Shown here one piece after another: positions 1-11,203 of a DNA stretch of 64,000 nucleotides. The stretch spans positions 7,750,001 to 7,814,000 of the forward strand of contig JBHGNT010000002.1 of NCBI GenBank assembly GCA_043228905.1. The letters are read 5' to 3'. The position numbers were made by a program, and so were the translations under genes. Numbering within the stretch: position 1 is the stretch's first letter; each line of letters begins with the position of its first letter. The notes beneath the pieces were generated by a model, which was not told the DNA's origin, made no database searches, and saw nothing but the letters and a program-made list of their open reading frames with translations. This DNA comes from Azolla caroliniana. Its lineage: Eukaryota; Plantae; Polypodiophyta.

Positions 1-240
1 AGCCATAGTTGAACTTTATTATGCCTACATTAACTTATCAACATGTCTAAACTTGCATGATTTCTAATGATCTCCACTCGTAGATCTATCATGTATTTTT
101 ATATTTGCAAATTCTTATCAAGTTGAGGAACATGTGATACTAGTGCATCCAATTATTGTAGAGAGGGTGTATTTGCTTCGTTTTAAGAAGATTCTACAAG
201 TGGAATGCGCAATCCTTCCACTTGTGAACGCGAACGTGTT
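1..240. mobile_element. Right end (subterminal region + TIR) of a second copy of the Sola-like DNA transposon, inserted into the RT of Gypsy family A
   Basis: Nearly identical to 52341-52573. Ends in ...CAATCCTTCCACTTGTGAACGCGAACGTGTT and abuts the Gypsy RT sequence (ATAT GATGAATGCG; HMMNAMNKVLRDC). Confidence 0.85.
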
Positions 241-2301
241 ATATGATGAATGCGATGAACAAGGTGCTTTGAGACTGCATTCTGGAGATAATGATGTCGT
301 TCCTAGATGACATTCCAATGAAAGGATGCGCGGTAGAAGAAAAAGATGAAACTATGGATGATTGGGGATGCCGAAAGTTCGTAGTTGACCATATTCATGA
401 TTGCGAGAAAGTGCGTCGAAAGTTAGAAGATGTGCACCTAACACTTTCCGGTGAGAAATCGGCATTCGGGCAAGAAGAAATATTGGTAGTCGGACATCTA
501 TGTGGGCCCTACGGCCGAAGACCATCACCAACAAAGATCGACGCGATTCAAGCTATGAAAGAAGTATGCGAGTCACAATCCGAAGTTCGAAGGTTTCTTG
601 GAGCATGTGCATTCTACCACATATGGATTCCGCACTATGCGCATATAGCGGACCCACTCTATCACTTGTTGCGGAAGGGTAAGAAGTTTGAATGGAAACC
701 GGAGCATACCAAAGCCGTGAAGAAGCTCAAGAAATCACTACAGAGCGCAAAAGCACTAAAGAAGCTGAACTATGACTGACCGATCATAGTAACGGTTGCC
801 ACAAGTCCAACCGGAATCGGATGGGTCATCAATCAAGCCGATCCGGAAGGTTCGCGATATCCAGTCCGATTCGAAGCAAAGGTTCTCAACGAAAGGCAAT
901 GTGGATATGCACAAGTTAAAAGAGAATTATGGGGAGTCGTGTCGGCAATCAAATCGGATCGAGATTATTTGATCGGAGCCGAAGCAGTGATCGAAACGAA
1001 TTGTCTTCTGATACTCGGGATGATGCGGTGTTGCACGATATTGGATGTGGCTATGCTAAGATGGATTGCATATGTTAAGTCGCTTAATCCGGAGGTACGA
1101 CACATCTCCGGAAAAGACAACGCGGTAGCGGATATGTTATCAAGGGCGCGGTTCGGAGATAACATAACCGAATCTGATAATGAAGAAGTTTCTGAAGACT
1201 ACTTTGCTTCGGAGCACATATGCCGGGTGAATGTAATCCGAGAATTCCGGGAAGAAGAATACGAGGGAGAAAGCTTGCTGATCGGGAAAGTGCTCCAAGA
1301 AATCGAGGAATCATCAGACAATAAAGAGAAGAGAGCCGAGATCCGAAGTAAGAAGTGGCAAGTCTGAAAGTTCTTCTTGAAAAATGGATTACTATGGAGG
1401 GAGCCGAAAAGACCGGATGGCATACCACTTCGAGTAGTCAGGACGAAAGAGCAACGAAACTGGATAATGTCCAAATTTCACGAATCCGATTGGGCTGGAC
1501 ATCGAGGAACATGGGCAACTTTTGTGAAAATCAAACAAAAATATTGGTGGAAGAATATGTACAAAGATATAGCGAAGTTCACGGAAAGTTGCGAGAAGTG
1601 TCAAATTTACTCCGGAATTCGACACTGAGATGAGTTACATCCAACATTCTCACCAACAATCAACTTCAAATGGATGGTCGATATTGTAGCCATTCCAAGC
1701 GGGATCGGACAAAAGAAGTACTTGGTGTTAGCTCGGGAAGATCTCACAAACCAAGTAGAAGATCGGGCGCTACGGAGGAAAACGTGTTCTACGGTATGCC
1801 AATTCCTTTTGGAAGAAGTGTTTTGCAGGTACGGGTGCGTAGGACAAGTGATTGTGGATCGGGGAGAACTCGACTCTGATAAAGCTAAGGAATTCTTCAC
1901 TAAACATGGAGTTGGGTTAACACTGACAACAACATACAATCCGGAAGCCAACGGCAAGGACATAGTCCGATTGTCAAAGCACTTGCGAAGGCATGCGATG
2001 GAAGGGTGAAGGATTGGCCACATATGCTTCCGTATGCACTATGGGCGGATTGGACGACGCATAGCTCCGTAACCGGTTACATGCTGGCAGAACTCATGAC
2101 CGGACAAGCACTGGTAATGCCAACGGAAACCGCAATCGCGACATGGACAGTGCTACCATGGAAGGAAGAGATGAGCCGGGAAGAACTACTGGTGGTCCGG
2201 ATACGACAACTAGAGGGAAGACCGGAAGACATAGCGGAAGCAATACACCGCCAACAAGAAGCGCGATTGCGGAATAAAAGCCGGTTCAACACAAAGCATT
2301 G
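241..2301 (+). pseudogene. pol: Family A pol fragment (RT/RH/INT)
   Basis: ORFs 291-779, 939-1367, 1377-1628 (integrase HHCC), 1674-2009 and 2006-2302 are collinear pieces broken by in-frame stops. Confidence 0.9.
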
Positions 2302-2306
2302 ACTAC

Positions 2307-3055
2307 TGATAGGGTGTATAAGATAATAGATAGTTATACACTATATGAGGGCTTGACCAAACCGATTAGATGGAGTTGAAAATCATAATATATTATATAG
2401 CTCTAGGTAATTATGATTAGAGAGTATAACTCAAGAAACTAAGAAAAAAGATAGAGAAAGCGAGCAAGAAATAAGAATGTTCTGATATTCCAACATCAAG
2501 AGAATACAAAGGAGACAAACTCCACATTGAACTAAAACCAAAGACCTTCCTCTTCTAAGACACTTCCTCTTCCACAAAGACACTTCTTCCTAACACTCCT
2601 CATCCACTCTTTTGCCTTCACTCTTCGCCCTTCTCCTCACTAATATCACTTCTTCTTTTATAACCTTCCTCTTCTTATCCACGGTCATGCTATTTTTAGA
2701 AGCTTTTTATCTCCCTATTTTTAGCTATGACACATCGACCTTCTAATCGTCATATCTCCCTCATCCGATATCCAAATTAAGCGATTTAAAAAGCTATAGA
2801 AAGCTCTTTTTACAAGCTTTCTAATCCATATTTAAACGTGATATTTGGATAAACAACGAGGGAGTTATGACCATTCTATTTTTACTGTTTTTTATAGTCT
2901 GCGTTTTCTCTTTTCACTTTTCTCTTGGTCTCGTACTTTTACTTTTGACTTCTTCCCTAAGGTCTTAGTTCGTGTTCTTATCCTCAAAAGGTGAATTATC
3001 TATACTTTATATTCTCCTAATGTTCAATGGCTTAGATTCTAAAAACACTTTCACA
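2307..3055 (-). repeat. 3' LTR of Tat-like element
   Basis: Direct repeat of 8565-9313. I found one mismatch by eye (ATCCGATA vs ATTCGATA). Confidence 0.95.
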
Positions 3056-3060
3056 TTTAG

Positions 3061-3072
3061 CCCTCCCCCTTG
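3061..3072 (-). other. Polypurine tract (AAGGGGGAGGG)
   Basis: Purine run on the minus strand, 5 nt before the 3' LTR. Confidence 0.85.
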
Positions 3073-3316
3073 TTAGAGGCTAAGCCATTTATGGCGAAGC
3101 ACTTATTGGCAGTACTTAACAAACAAAAGCTCTCTCGCCAATCTCTTGGCTATAGACAATGAGAGAGATATAATAAAAAGAAAATAAAAAGATGTGAGTA
3201 AAACCCCCGCTAATCGGTAGGAAAAACCTCACATTCTCTACAAATAAAAAAGATAATCACTATTACCATCTTCCTCTTTGTTAATAGAGAGAAAGATGGG
3301 TCTACAATATGGACTA

Positions 3317-6300
3317 TTAAGAAAATAAGGTATGGGGAAACAAGTCCACTTCTTGCTCCCATCCATCCGTATCAACAATATCATTAGTAACTTGGGGAAT
3401 ATAAGTAGGTCCCAGAGTTACATACTTTTTAAGGCGCCATCCGTTCACTCGATAAGAATGAAGTGCTCCATCCACATCTTTCAATTGGTAACTTCCGTTG
3501 TCATACTTTTTGTGAACCACAAAGGGTCCTTCCCACTTATTATCAAGCTTTTGTCCTTGAATATAATCATATCTATTATCATACCTAAGAACCAATGATC
3601 CTTCTTCAATGTGGTTGCCCTTGTGCTTTTTGTCATATGCCTCCTTTCTCTTCATTGCTTGATTTAAGTAATGCTCCACAGCTTCTTCTCTTGAATATTG
3701 TAGTAGATGGTTGCTCGCTAAACGACTCATCACATCATTTCCTTTTGAGCGATGCGATGCCTCCATTAGTCTATTACTTTTGATCTCAAGTTCGATCGGA
3801 AGTAACGCTTCTTTTCCATAAACCAAATAAAAAGGAGTAAAACCTGTGGAGGATTTATAAGAAACTCTATAAGCCCAAAGAGTATCATCCAAATACCTAT
3901 CCCATGTTCTTACTTTGTCTTGCACTAACTTTGTCAAATTCTTCACTATAAGCCCATTCACTTTCTCAACTGCACCATTTGCTTGAGGATAATAAGGCGT
4001 TGAATATCGATGCTTAATCTTCAACTTGCTTAATAGACAAGCTAACATTTCACTCCTAAAACCGGGTCCATGATCGGATACAATCTCCATGGGAACTCCA
4101 AATCTAGTACAAATATTCTTATACACAAATTGGGCTACATCTTTGGCTTTAATCGAGGAAGTTGCTATAGCTTCCACCCACTTTGTCATGTAGTCAATGG
4201 CCACCAAAATAAACTCTTTACCATGTTGAGTTTTCGGAAGAGGTCCTACTGCATCAATTCCCCATTTCTCGAATGGAGCAAACACCACAATGGGTTGTAA
4301 AGGTCCACTTTGTAGATGTCTTATTCCCGCTTTTTGACATGCATCACAAGATCTACACCAATCATGCACATCCCTATGGATAGTAGGCCATGTAAAACCA
4401 ATTAGTAAAATCTTTCTTATCATTATATCATGGGCTAAATGCCCACCACAAACTTCTTCATGCAACTTAAAGAGTATCTTTATAATCTCGCTTTTGTTAG
4501 GAACTCTTCGTAAAACTCCATCTTTCCCTTTGTTGTACAAATCTTCACCCACCAAATGATATTGTGAAGCCTTTGCCACCAAACGCTTTCTTTGCAAAGC
4601 ATTGAGGTTATTTGGAAACTCTCCTTTATTAAGAAAATTATGTACTTCCTCTAGGGAGTCTACATCTTTGCACGTCTCCAAAACACCAACGAAACCTTCC
4701 TTGATCTTATCTAATTGGGCTTGAGCTAATGCATCCGCTTCTTTATTGTATAATCTCCCCACATGCTTAACCTGTATCTTTTCAAAAGACCTTAGTAGAC
4801 TCATTGCTTCTTTATAAAAATTTCTAAGCCCATCACTTTGACATTTCCAATTGCCTTGAATTTGTTTAATTACCAATAAGGAATCACCCTTAAGAATTAA
4901 TCTTTTTATCTTCATAGCTTTACATAGACGAAGACCATAACACAAGGTAGCATACTCCGCTTCATTATTTGAATTCACACCACTTAATGTAATACCTTCA
5001 CTTTTTACTCTGTCTCCTTGAGGATCCTTGAGAATAATCCCACCCACGGCTATGTTTGTGGCTTTGCGAAATGCCCCATCAAAGAATAAGGTGAATGCAT
5101 CCTCCATATCCGGCTCGGGAAGTGCCTTTCGTAGCTTTACCAAGTCTTCTTCATGAAAGGTTTCTCTAAAGGTGAGAAGATCCGCCAATTCGGCACGCAT
5201 AGTTGATTCCAATTTGACTTCAAAATCAAACTCCGCCAATAGTAGAGCCCATTTAGCAATTCGTGCTGAAATGCTCACATGTTGGAGTACATATGGGAGT
5301 AATGACATGCTAGTGATTATTACAAAATGATGAGGTAATAGAAAGCTTCTAAACTTTTTACAAGCATATATAAGAGCTAACATCCACTTTTCTACTTCTA
5401 AGAATTCTTTCTCTACATCAGACATGGCTTTACTAATAAAATATATAGGATGCATAAGCCTATTTTCAAAATCTTGTTGCATAAGAATGGCTCCTATAGC
5501 ATGAGATCCAACACTAAGAGAAAGAAAGAAGGTAGATGTTCTATCAGGTGGCTTTAGAATAGGAGCATTACATAATAGTTCTTTTATTCTTACATATTGC
5601 TCTTCAGTTGTAGATGTCCACAAGAAGTTGTTGGTGCGAAGAATAATGCGAAAAGGATAGAGAATTTGGGCCAACATATGAATGAATCGTTCAAAGTAAC
5701 GAACTTTTTGAACAAATACCTCCAAATCTTTGATACTCGTGGGTGTTGTCATCTTTTGAATTGCTTCAATCTTTGAGCTATCAACTTTGATTCCTTCTTG
5801 AGACACCACATGACCAAGCATCACCACCTCCTTTTCACCTATGTGACACTTCTCTGGGTTGAGTTGCATTTTGCATTCCTCCAATCTTTTGAATGCCAAG
5901 CGAACCTTTTCCAAATGGTCTTTCCTGCTACTATAAATTGCAAAGTCATCCATAAAGACTCTAACAAACTTTCCAAAGAATGGTTGGAATACATGAATAG
6001 CAAAACGATTAAATGTAAAAACAGCATTTGTGAGTCCAAAGGGCATGCATCGATATGCAAAGCATCCCCATGGAGTGATGAATGTCGTCTTCTTTTGATC
6101 CTCTTCCGCAATACGAATTTGAAAATAACCTGAATAGCCATCACAAACAGAGTACATTTCATGACCCGCAATTTCATCTAATATTTCATCTTGGAAAGGG
6201 AGAGGAAAGTGATCCCTCTTGGTAGCCGCATTTAGAGGTTTGTAATCAACACAAACCCTCCATTTTCCATTCTTTTTAGGTACCACCACAATGGGCGAAA

Positions 6301-8476
6301 CCCATTCAGAATCTTCCACTGGGTAAATGAATTGTGCACGCAACAAAGCTTTGACTTCCTTTAATAAGGCCTCCTTTTGCACGTGACCTAGCCTTCGCAA
6401 CTTTTGCGCAACGGGAGTTGTACCCTCCTTTAGATTTATGTGATGTTGGATGACATCTACACCCCTAATATGAGCATAATCACTAATGAAAAGGTTAGGA
6501 AATTCAGAAATCAAATTAATAAATTGTTGCCTCTCTTGCCCTTTAAGATCTTTAGAAATCATCTTCTCTTTTTGCTCCATAGTAATTAAACCTCCTTCAT
6601 CATCTTCTTCCTTCAAAACGGCATATGATGTGGTCATTTCCCATTCTGACGAGGAATCTTCACTTTCATCACTTTCATATGCGGACCCACTATCATATTC
6701 AGTTATTCCATCTTCTTCTTTCTCAATAAGTCTTTGTTGCCGCATATCATAATGTATGCTCACTCCTTTTGATGGCGTTATGGTCATCAAACCTTTGCTC
6801 CAATCTTGGACAACATTGAGTTCTTGCATCCATGGTCGTCCTAGTACCAAAGAATATGACGGTCCTTTTAGTGGTATTACATGAAAATCCATGGAAATGC
6901 TTACCCCAAAACACTTGATGACAACATCCTCCACTATGCCAATGCAATGGACCACTCCACCATCGGCTACAGCCACTCTTGCCGAAGATGACCTACTTAT
7001 AGGAATTCCCACTTTGTTTACCACAAATTCAGAAATCAAGCTTACTCTAGCACCACTATCAACCAACGCATCTTTGATGTGAAACCCTTTGATGGAGACG
7101 GGGATGGTGGGTCGTATGTCCTTTCGATCTTCTACTCGCACGATTCCCACATAATGCACAGTCTTCCGACTTTGGCGAATACTTGCAAGTCGCCCCCACT
7201 CCTTTCGTAATGTGGGAGATAATTGGAGAAGTTGCGGCCATGTTATCCTTGGTCCACTTGAAATCAACTCATGCTTCAAATTGAAAGCTTCTACACCTTC
7301 ACCCATAGGAATGTCCTCCATCTTGATCTTTCTTCTAGAGTGTCTCCTTCTCAATTTTTCCTCTTTCTCATTCTCCTTAGACTTCTTCTTTTGTCTTGAG
7401 GCACTAGATTCTCCTTCAACTTCTTTCTCCTTTTGCGAGGACCTTGTCCTTTTCACAGGAGCTACTTCAAAAGAATTATCACTATCATCAATAAAATTAA
7501 GAAGATTCACATTATGAGGAATTGTAGGAACCTGAGCCATAGGGAGTGTTACATTTCCTTCGACTTCATTGTTGTTAGGTCGTTGTCCATTCCTTTGCAC
7601 TTGATAAATGCCTCTTCCCATGCCTCTTTGTTGTCGATGAGGACATCTTGTTGAGATGTGTCCCTCCTCTTGACAAGAATAACAAATTACACCGTGATGC
7701 CCTCTAGAGCCACCACCATCGGGAATAGTGTTGTGAATTGCTTGGGATTGTCGCAAGTGGGTCATCACTTCATCAAAGCGCCGATTTACCAATGCCATGG
7801 TATCTTGTTCACTCCTCACTTGTTCAACTTCTTGGGATATACTTGTTGGGTTTATTGTTGTGGTGGTATACACATTTGGAAACACTTGTCCCCCATGCAC
7901 AATTGAAGATGAGGCTTGAAAGTTGGCACGAGGCATCAAATTTGCACCCAAAGCCGTCATTTGGGGATCCCCCAAGGAGCTCATCATCTTCACTTGTCGA
8001 TCATAAGCTTGACAAACTTGGATAAGAGCTTGAAACGATGTGGGATCCTTCAAGTTTGCTTCCAAACGGAAATACATATCAAGACCCATCTTGAATCGTT
8101 CCATTTTAAACCACTCGTCTTCAGTGCCGCCACGAAGACGAATCCATGTAGTCCACAAATCCTTGAAATTTCTTTCATACTCAGTGAAACCAATTGGTGA
8201 TTCCATCTTTAGTCGAAATAGCTCTTCCCTTACTTCGGTTGCACTTCGTCGTTGAATATATTTGGCACGAAACTGGTGCACCAACAATTGATATGCTCCC
8301 TGTTGGTTTGGAGGAAGAGAGTCATACCAATCTCGAGCTCGACCATAGAATGTAGCTACCAATAAAGGTAACTTCTCATTGTCGGTGATGCGTCCAATAG
8401 AGACAGCATGATGCTCAAAAGATGCCAAAAAGGCACCCGCATCTTGTGTTCTTTCACCTGAAAATGCAAATTGCAT
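3317..8476 (-). CDS. gag-pol: Gag-Pol polyprotein: Gag, CCHC knuckle, protease, RT, degenerate RH, additional (archaeal-type) RNase H, integrase
   Basis: CYSCQEEGHISTRC; LVDSGA; FMDD; aRH FFDGA..SNNEAEY..GDS..NKEADALA; integrase H-H-C-C, WGID..DHG..E and GPF. Probable start is MQFAF at 8476 (the listed ORF start at 8599 lies inside the LTR). Confidence 0.95.
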   Translation of the reverse strand: MQFAFSGERTQDAGAFLASFEHHAVSIGRITDNEKLPLLVATFYGRARDWYDSLPPNQQGAYQLLVHQFRAKYIQRRSATEVREELFRLKMESPIGFTEYERNFKDLWTTWIRLRGGTEDEWFKMERFKMGLDMYFRLEANLKDPTSFQALIQVCQAYDRQVKMMSSLGDPQMTALGANLMPRANFQASSSIVHGGQVFPNVYTTTTINPTSISQEVEQVRSEQDTMALVNRRFDEVMTHLRQSQAIHNTIPDGGGSRGHHGVICYSCQEEGHISTRCPHRQQRGMGRGIYQVQRNGQRPNNNEVEGNVTLPMAQVPTIPHNVNLLNFIDDSDNSFEVAPVKRTRSSQKEKEVEGESSASRQKKKSKENEKEEKLRRRHSRRKIKMEDIPMGEGVEAFNLKHELISSGPRITWPQLLQLSPTLRKEWGRLASIRQSRKTVHYVGIVRVEDRKDIRPTIPVSIKGFHIKDALVDSGARVSLISEFVVNKVGIPISRSSSARVAVADGGVVHCIGIVEDVVIKCFGVSISMDFHVIPLKGPSYSLVLGRPWMQELNVVQDWSKGLMTITPSKGVSIHYDMRQQRLIEKEEDGITEYDSGSAYESDESEDSSSEWEMTTSYAVLKEEDDEGGLITMEQKEKMISKDLKGQERQQFINLISEFPNLFISDYAHIRGVDVIQHHINLKEGTTPVAQKLRRLGHVQKEALLKEVKALLRAQFIYPVEDSEWVSPIVVVPKKNGKWRVCVDYKPLNAATKRDHFPLPFQDEILDEIAGHEMYSVCDGYSGYFQIRIAEEDQKKTTFITPWGCFAYRCMPFGLTNAVFTFNRFAIHVFQPFFGKFVRVFMDDFAIYSSRKDHLEKVRLAFKRLEECKMQLNPEKCHIGEKEVVMLGHVVSQEGIKVDSSKIEAIQKMTTPTSIKDLEVFVQKVRYFERFIHMLAQILYPFRIILRTNNFLWTSTTEEQYVRIKELLCNAPILKPPDRTSTFFLSLSVGSHAIGAILMQQDFENRLMHPIYFISKAMSDVEKEFLEVEKWMLALIYACKKFRSFLLPHHFVIITSMSLLPYVLQHVSISARIAKWALLLAEFDFEVKLESTMRAELADLLTFRETFHEEDLVKLRKALPEPDMEDAFTLFFDGAFRKATNIAVGGIILKDPQGDRVKSEGITLSGVNSNNEAEYATLCYGLRLCKAMKIKRLILKGDSLLVIKQIQGNWKCQSDGLRNFYKEAMSLLRSFEKIQVKHVGRLYNKEADALAQAQLDKIKEGFVGVLETCKDVDSLEEVHNFLNKGEFPNNLNALQRKRLVAKASQYHLVGEDLYNKGKDGVLRRVPNKSEIIKILFKLHEEVCGGHLAHDIMIRKILLIGFTWPTIHRDVHDWCRSCDACQKAGIRHLQSGPLQPIVVFAPFEKWGIDAVGPLPKTQHGKEFILVAIDYMTKWVEAIATSSIKAKDVAQFVYKNICTRFGVPMEIVSDHGPGFRSEMLACLLSKLKIKHRYSTPYYPQANGAVEKVNGLIVKNLTKLVQDKVRTWDRYLDDTLWAYRVSYKSSTGFTPFYLVYGKEALLPIELEIKSNRLMEASHRSKGNDVMSRLASNHLLQYSREEAVEHYLNQAMKRKEAYDKKHKGNHIEEGSLVLRYDNRYDYIQGQKLDNKWEGPFVVHKKYDNGSYQLKDVDGALHSYRVNGWRLKKYVTLGPTYIPQVTNDIVDTDGWEQEVDLFPHTLFS

Positions 8477-8543
8477 AGCTAAGTTAATGTAATATAGTAA
8501 CACAATTAAATGATAAGTTCTCCCTCCTATACGGAAAGGATCC

Positions 8544-8561
8544 GCCCTCCCTGGAGCGCCA
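8544..8561 (-). promoter_or_regulatory. Primer-binding site (TGGCGCTCCAGGGAGGG; probably Arg/Lys-type tRNA)
   Basis: Starts with TGG 3 nt after the 5' LTR on the minus strand. The tRNA identity was not verified. Confidence 0.8.
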
Positions 8562-8564
8562 AAA

Positions 8565-9313
8565 TGATAGGGTGTATAAGATAATAGATAGTTATACACT
8601 ATATGAGGGCTTGACCAAACCGATTAGATGGAGTTGAAAATCATAATATATTATATAGCTCTAGGTAATTATGATTAGAGAGTATAACTCAAGAAACTAA
8701 GAAAAAAGATAGAGAAAGCGAGCAAGAAATAAGAATGTTCTGATATTCCAACATCAAGAGAATACAAAGGAGACAAACTCCACATTGAACTAAAACCAAA
8801 GACCTTCCTCTTCTAAGACACTTCCTCTTCCACAAAGACACTTCTTCCTAACACTCCTCATCCACTCTTTTGCCTTCACTCTTCGCCCTTCTCCTCACTA
8901 ATATCACTTCTTCTTTTATAACCTTCCTCTTCTTATCCACGGTCATGCTATTTTTAGAAGCTTTTTATCTCCCTATTTTTAGCTATGACACATCGACCTT
9001 CTAATCGTCATATCTCCCTCATTCGATATCCAAATTAAGCGATTTAAAAAGCTATAGAAAGCTCTTTTTACAAGCTTTCTAATCCATATTTAAACGTGAT
9101 ATTTGGATAAACAACGAGGGAGTTATGACCATTCTATTTTTACTGTTTTTTATAGTCTGCGTTTTCTCTTTTCACTTTTCTCTTGGTCTCGTACTTTTAC
9201 TTTTGACTTCTTCCCTAAGGTCTTAGTTCGTGTTCTTATCCTCAAAAGGTGAATTATCTATACTTTATATTCTCCTAATGTTCAATGGCTTAGATTCTAA
9301 AAACACTTTCACA
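8565..9313 (-). repeat. 5' LTR of Tat-like element
   Basis: Direct repeat of 2307-3055, adjacent to the PBS. Confidence 0.95.
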
Positions 9314-9454
9314 ACTACGACCGCGGAAGATTGAAGAAGGAGATTGGGTGATTGTCTACGACAGTAGTTTGGATCATCAACATACAACGATGCGGAAGTT
9401 CGCGAAAAGGTAGTTTGGGCCATACGAGGTTCGGAAAGTTTTCGACAACGGAAC

Positions 9455-10239
9455 TGTTAGGAAACAGGTCCCTCCGGATGGGAAGGGAGAAGACCTGGTG
9501 AGAACCGGATGAGGAGTACCCGGCTTCGGAGAGCCGGATGGTGCAGACCCGGTGAGAACCGGATGAGGAGTACCCGGCTTCGGAGAGCCGGATGGTGCAG
9601 ATCCGGTGAGAACCGGATGAGGAGTACCCGGCTTCGGAGAGCCGGATGGTGTAGACCCGGTGAGAACCGGATGAGGAGTACCTGGCTTCGGAGAGTCGGA
9701 TGGTGCAAACCCGGTGAGAACCGGATGAGAAGTACCCAGCTACGGAGAGTCGAATAGTGCAGACCCGGTGAGGAGTGCTCACCGGATGAAGAGACATATT
9801 CGTAAATATGTATCTGAGAGCCCATCGTGGCTATATTTGTAAATAGCCAAAAAGTCATATTAGTATAAATATGACTTAGGGCAAACTTTTTTGGTAGAGT
9901 TGTTGTCATTCTTGTTGGTGCAAGGAGAGAGAGAGCGCGTAACTGTGTACAGAGAGAGAGAGAGAGAGAGGTTGTTGCCTTTGTTGTAACCGCCGCCTGT
10001 GGCGAAGATTGTGAACACGAGGTCGTTGACTCCGTGAGCTCACTGTTGTACATTCTAACATAGTGATAGTTTGCAACCTGTGGGCCGCCATGGTTTTTCC
10101 CTTAGTTTGGGTTTTCCACGTAAACATCCTGTGTACTCTTCTCTTCTTCGTGTCGTGCATTCTTTCACCGTTTTTCTATATATGATTCTAAGCTCGATTG
10201 TGGCCGAGCGTTGTGCGAATGGAGCGTGAGTTCCCGTCA
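9455..10239 (+). mobile_element. Solo LTR (Copia-related), inserted into family A integrase
   Basis: TG..CA ends, CGGAAC duplicated on both sides (9449-9454 / 10240-10245). Shares U5 motifs with the Copia LTR at 18625-19230. Confidence 0.85.
9493..9790 (+). repeat. 54-bp tandem repeat, about 5.5 copies, in the solo LTR U3
   Basis: Unit CCGGTGAGAACCGGATGAGGAGTACCCGGCTTCGGAGAGCCGGATGGTGCAGAC. Confidence 0.92.
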
Positions 10240-10516
10240 CGGAACTTACCGACTATGTGAGTTGGATGGAACAATGCTACGAGTGCCTATAGCCGGGAAA
10301 CGGGTGAAGATTTTCAAGAAGCGGACTAAGGAGGAACCCTATGTGATCCTAGACAAGACTGACAAGAAGGAGCAATCGGACGAAGATCGCGGTGATGCGG
10401 AAAGCGAGGAGAGTGGATTTAAGGGGAGAATTGGAGGAAGCTTCAGATGAAGGTGAATAGCAAGCATCGGGAACTTCGGCACATACCGGAGGATGTGCGG
10501 GTTTGGAGGGAGCGAG

Positions 10517-11203
10517 TGTCGTAGTGTAATTCGCACACTACGTGAAAAATTACATTTTTGGTTTCTCCGGATAGGATATGGAGTACCCAGTAAGAACCGG
10601 ATGAAGCAGAACCGGCAAGAGCCGGATGAAGAAGGCCGGTGAGAGTTTCTCACCAGATGAAGAGACATATTTGTAAATAGAAGAAAGTATAAAATTATAT
10701 ATTACATGCATAGGGCAAGATTCGAACCTTGCACCTCCATGTTAATAATGTTAAGCCTTAGCATTATAGTAGCGTATTATGAATTTTAAAGTTATACTAA
10801 ACTTTATCCCATGTAAATATTCTAGACATGCATGGTACAAAAAGTTATTCATGCATAGACACTCGAGTTAAAAAGAAAAGATGAGATAGAAAGCTAATCA
10901 TGCACATGCAGTGTGCATGAAAACTAAAGATAGGAAAACCATGATGCTTGCATGTGATAAACTTAGACTCTTCCAACACTATATAAGGAAGAGAGAAAGA
11001 TGTATAGAGGTTGTTGATTATTTTACAAGGGTTGATTAATATAATATAATATAATCGTGGAATTCACGAGTTTTTCATATCTTTCTTTCTTACAATATAT
11101 TTCATATTCTTAATTGCCTTAGAATTTTCTTTCCTCCTAGTCCATAACCCCAACGGTTCCCACCCGACTCGTGCAACGATTTGGAGTCGAAAGGCACGAA
11201 CCA
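10517..11203 (+). repeat. Family A 3' LTR (about 685 bp)
   Basis: Starts TGTCGT after the PPT. Inverted homologue at 57566-58250 has TGTCGT..ACGACA termini. The right end is uncertain by a few nt. Confidence 0.85.

Larger units (their letters stand above)
2307..9313 (-). mobile_element. Intact, very young Tat-like (non-chromovirus) Ty3/Gypsy retrotransposon
   Basis: 749-bp LTRs (2307-3055, 8565-9313) with TG..CA ends, 5-bp TSD ACTAC (2302-2306 / 9314-9318), PBS, PPT and a single uninterrupted polyprotein. Confidence 0.97.
241..11203 (+). mobile_element. Degenerate Ty3/Gypsy family A element (3' part: RT-RH-INT + 3' LTR), interrupted by two insertions
   Basis: RT FLDDIP, RNase H and integrase fragments at 291-2302, 9319-9454 and 10246-10450, with stops and frameshifts. 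PPT-like GGAGGGAGCGAG precedes the LTR. Close paralogue at 57566-64000. Confidence 0.9.

Noticed and set aside
8477-8599. First 41 codons of the 1760-aa ORF
   Set aside because: They start at a non-ATG codon inside the LTR and cross the PBS. The ATG at 8476 is more plausible.
9315-10053. Repeat-protein ORFs (160 aa, 198 aa)
   Set aside because: They are translations of a 54-bp tandem repeat inside a solo LTR.
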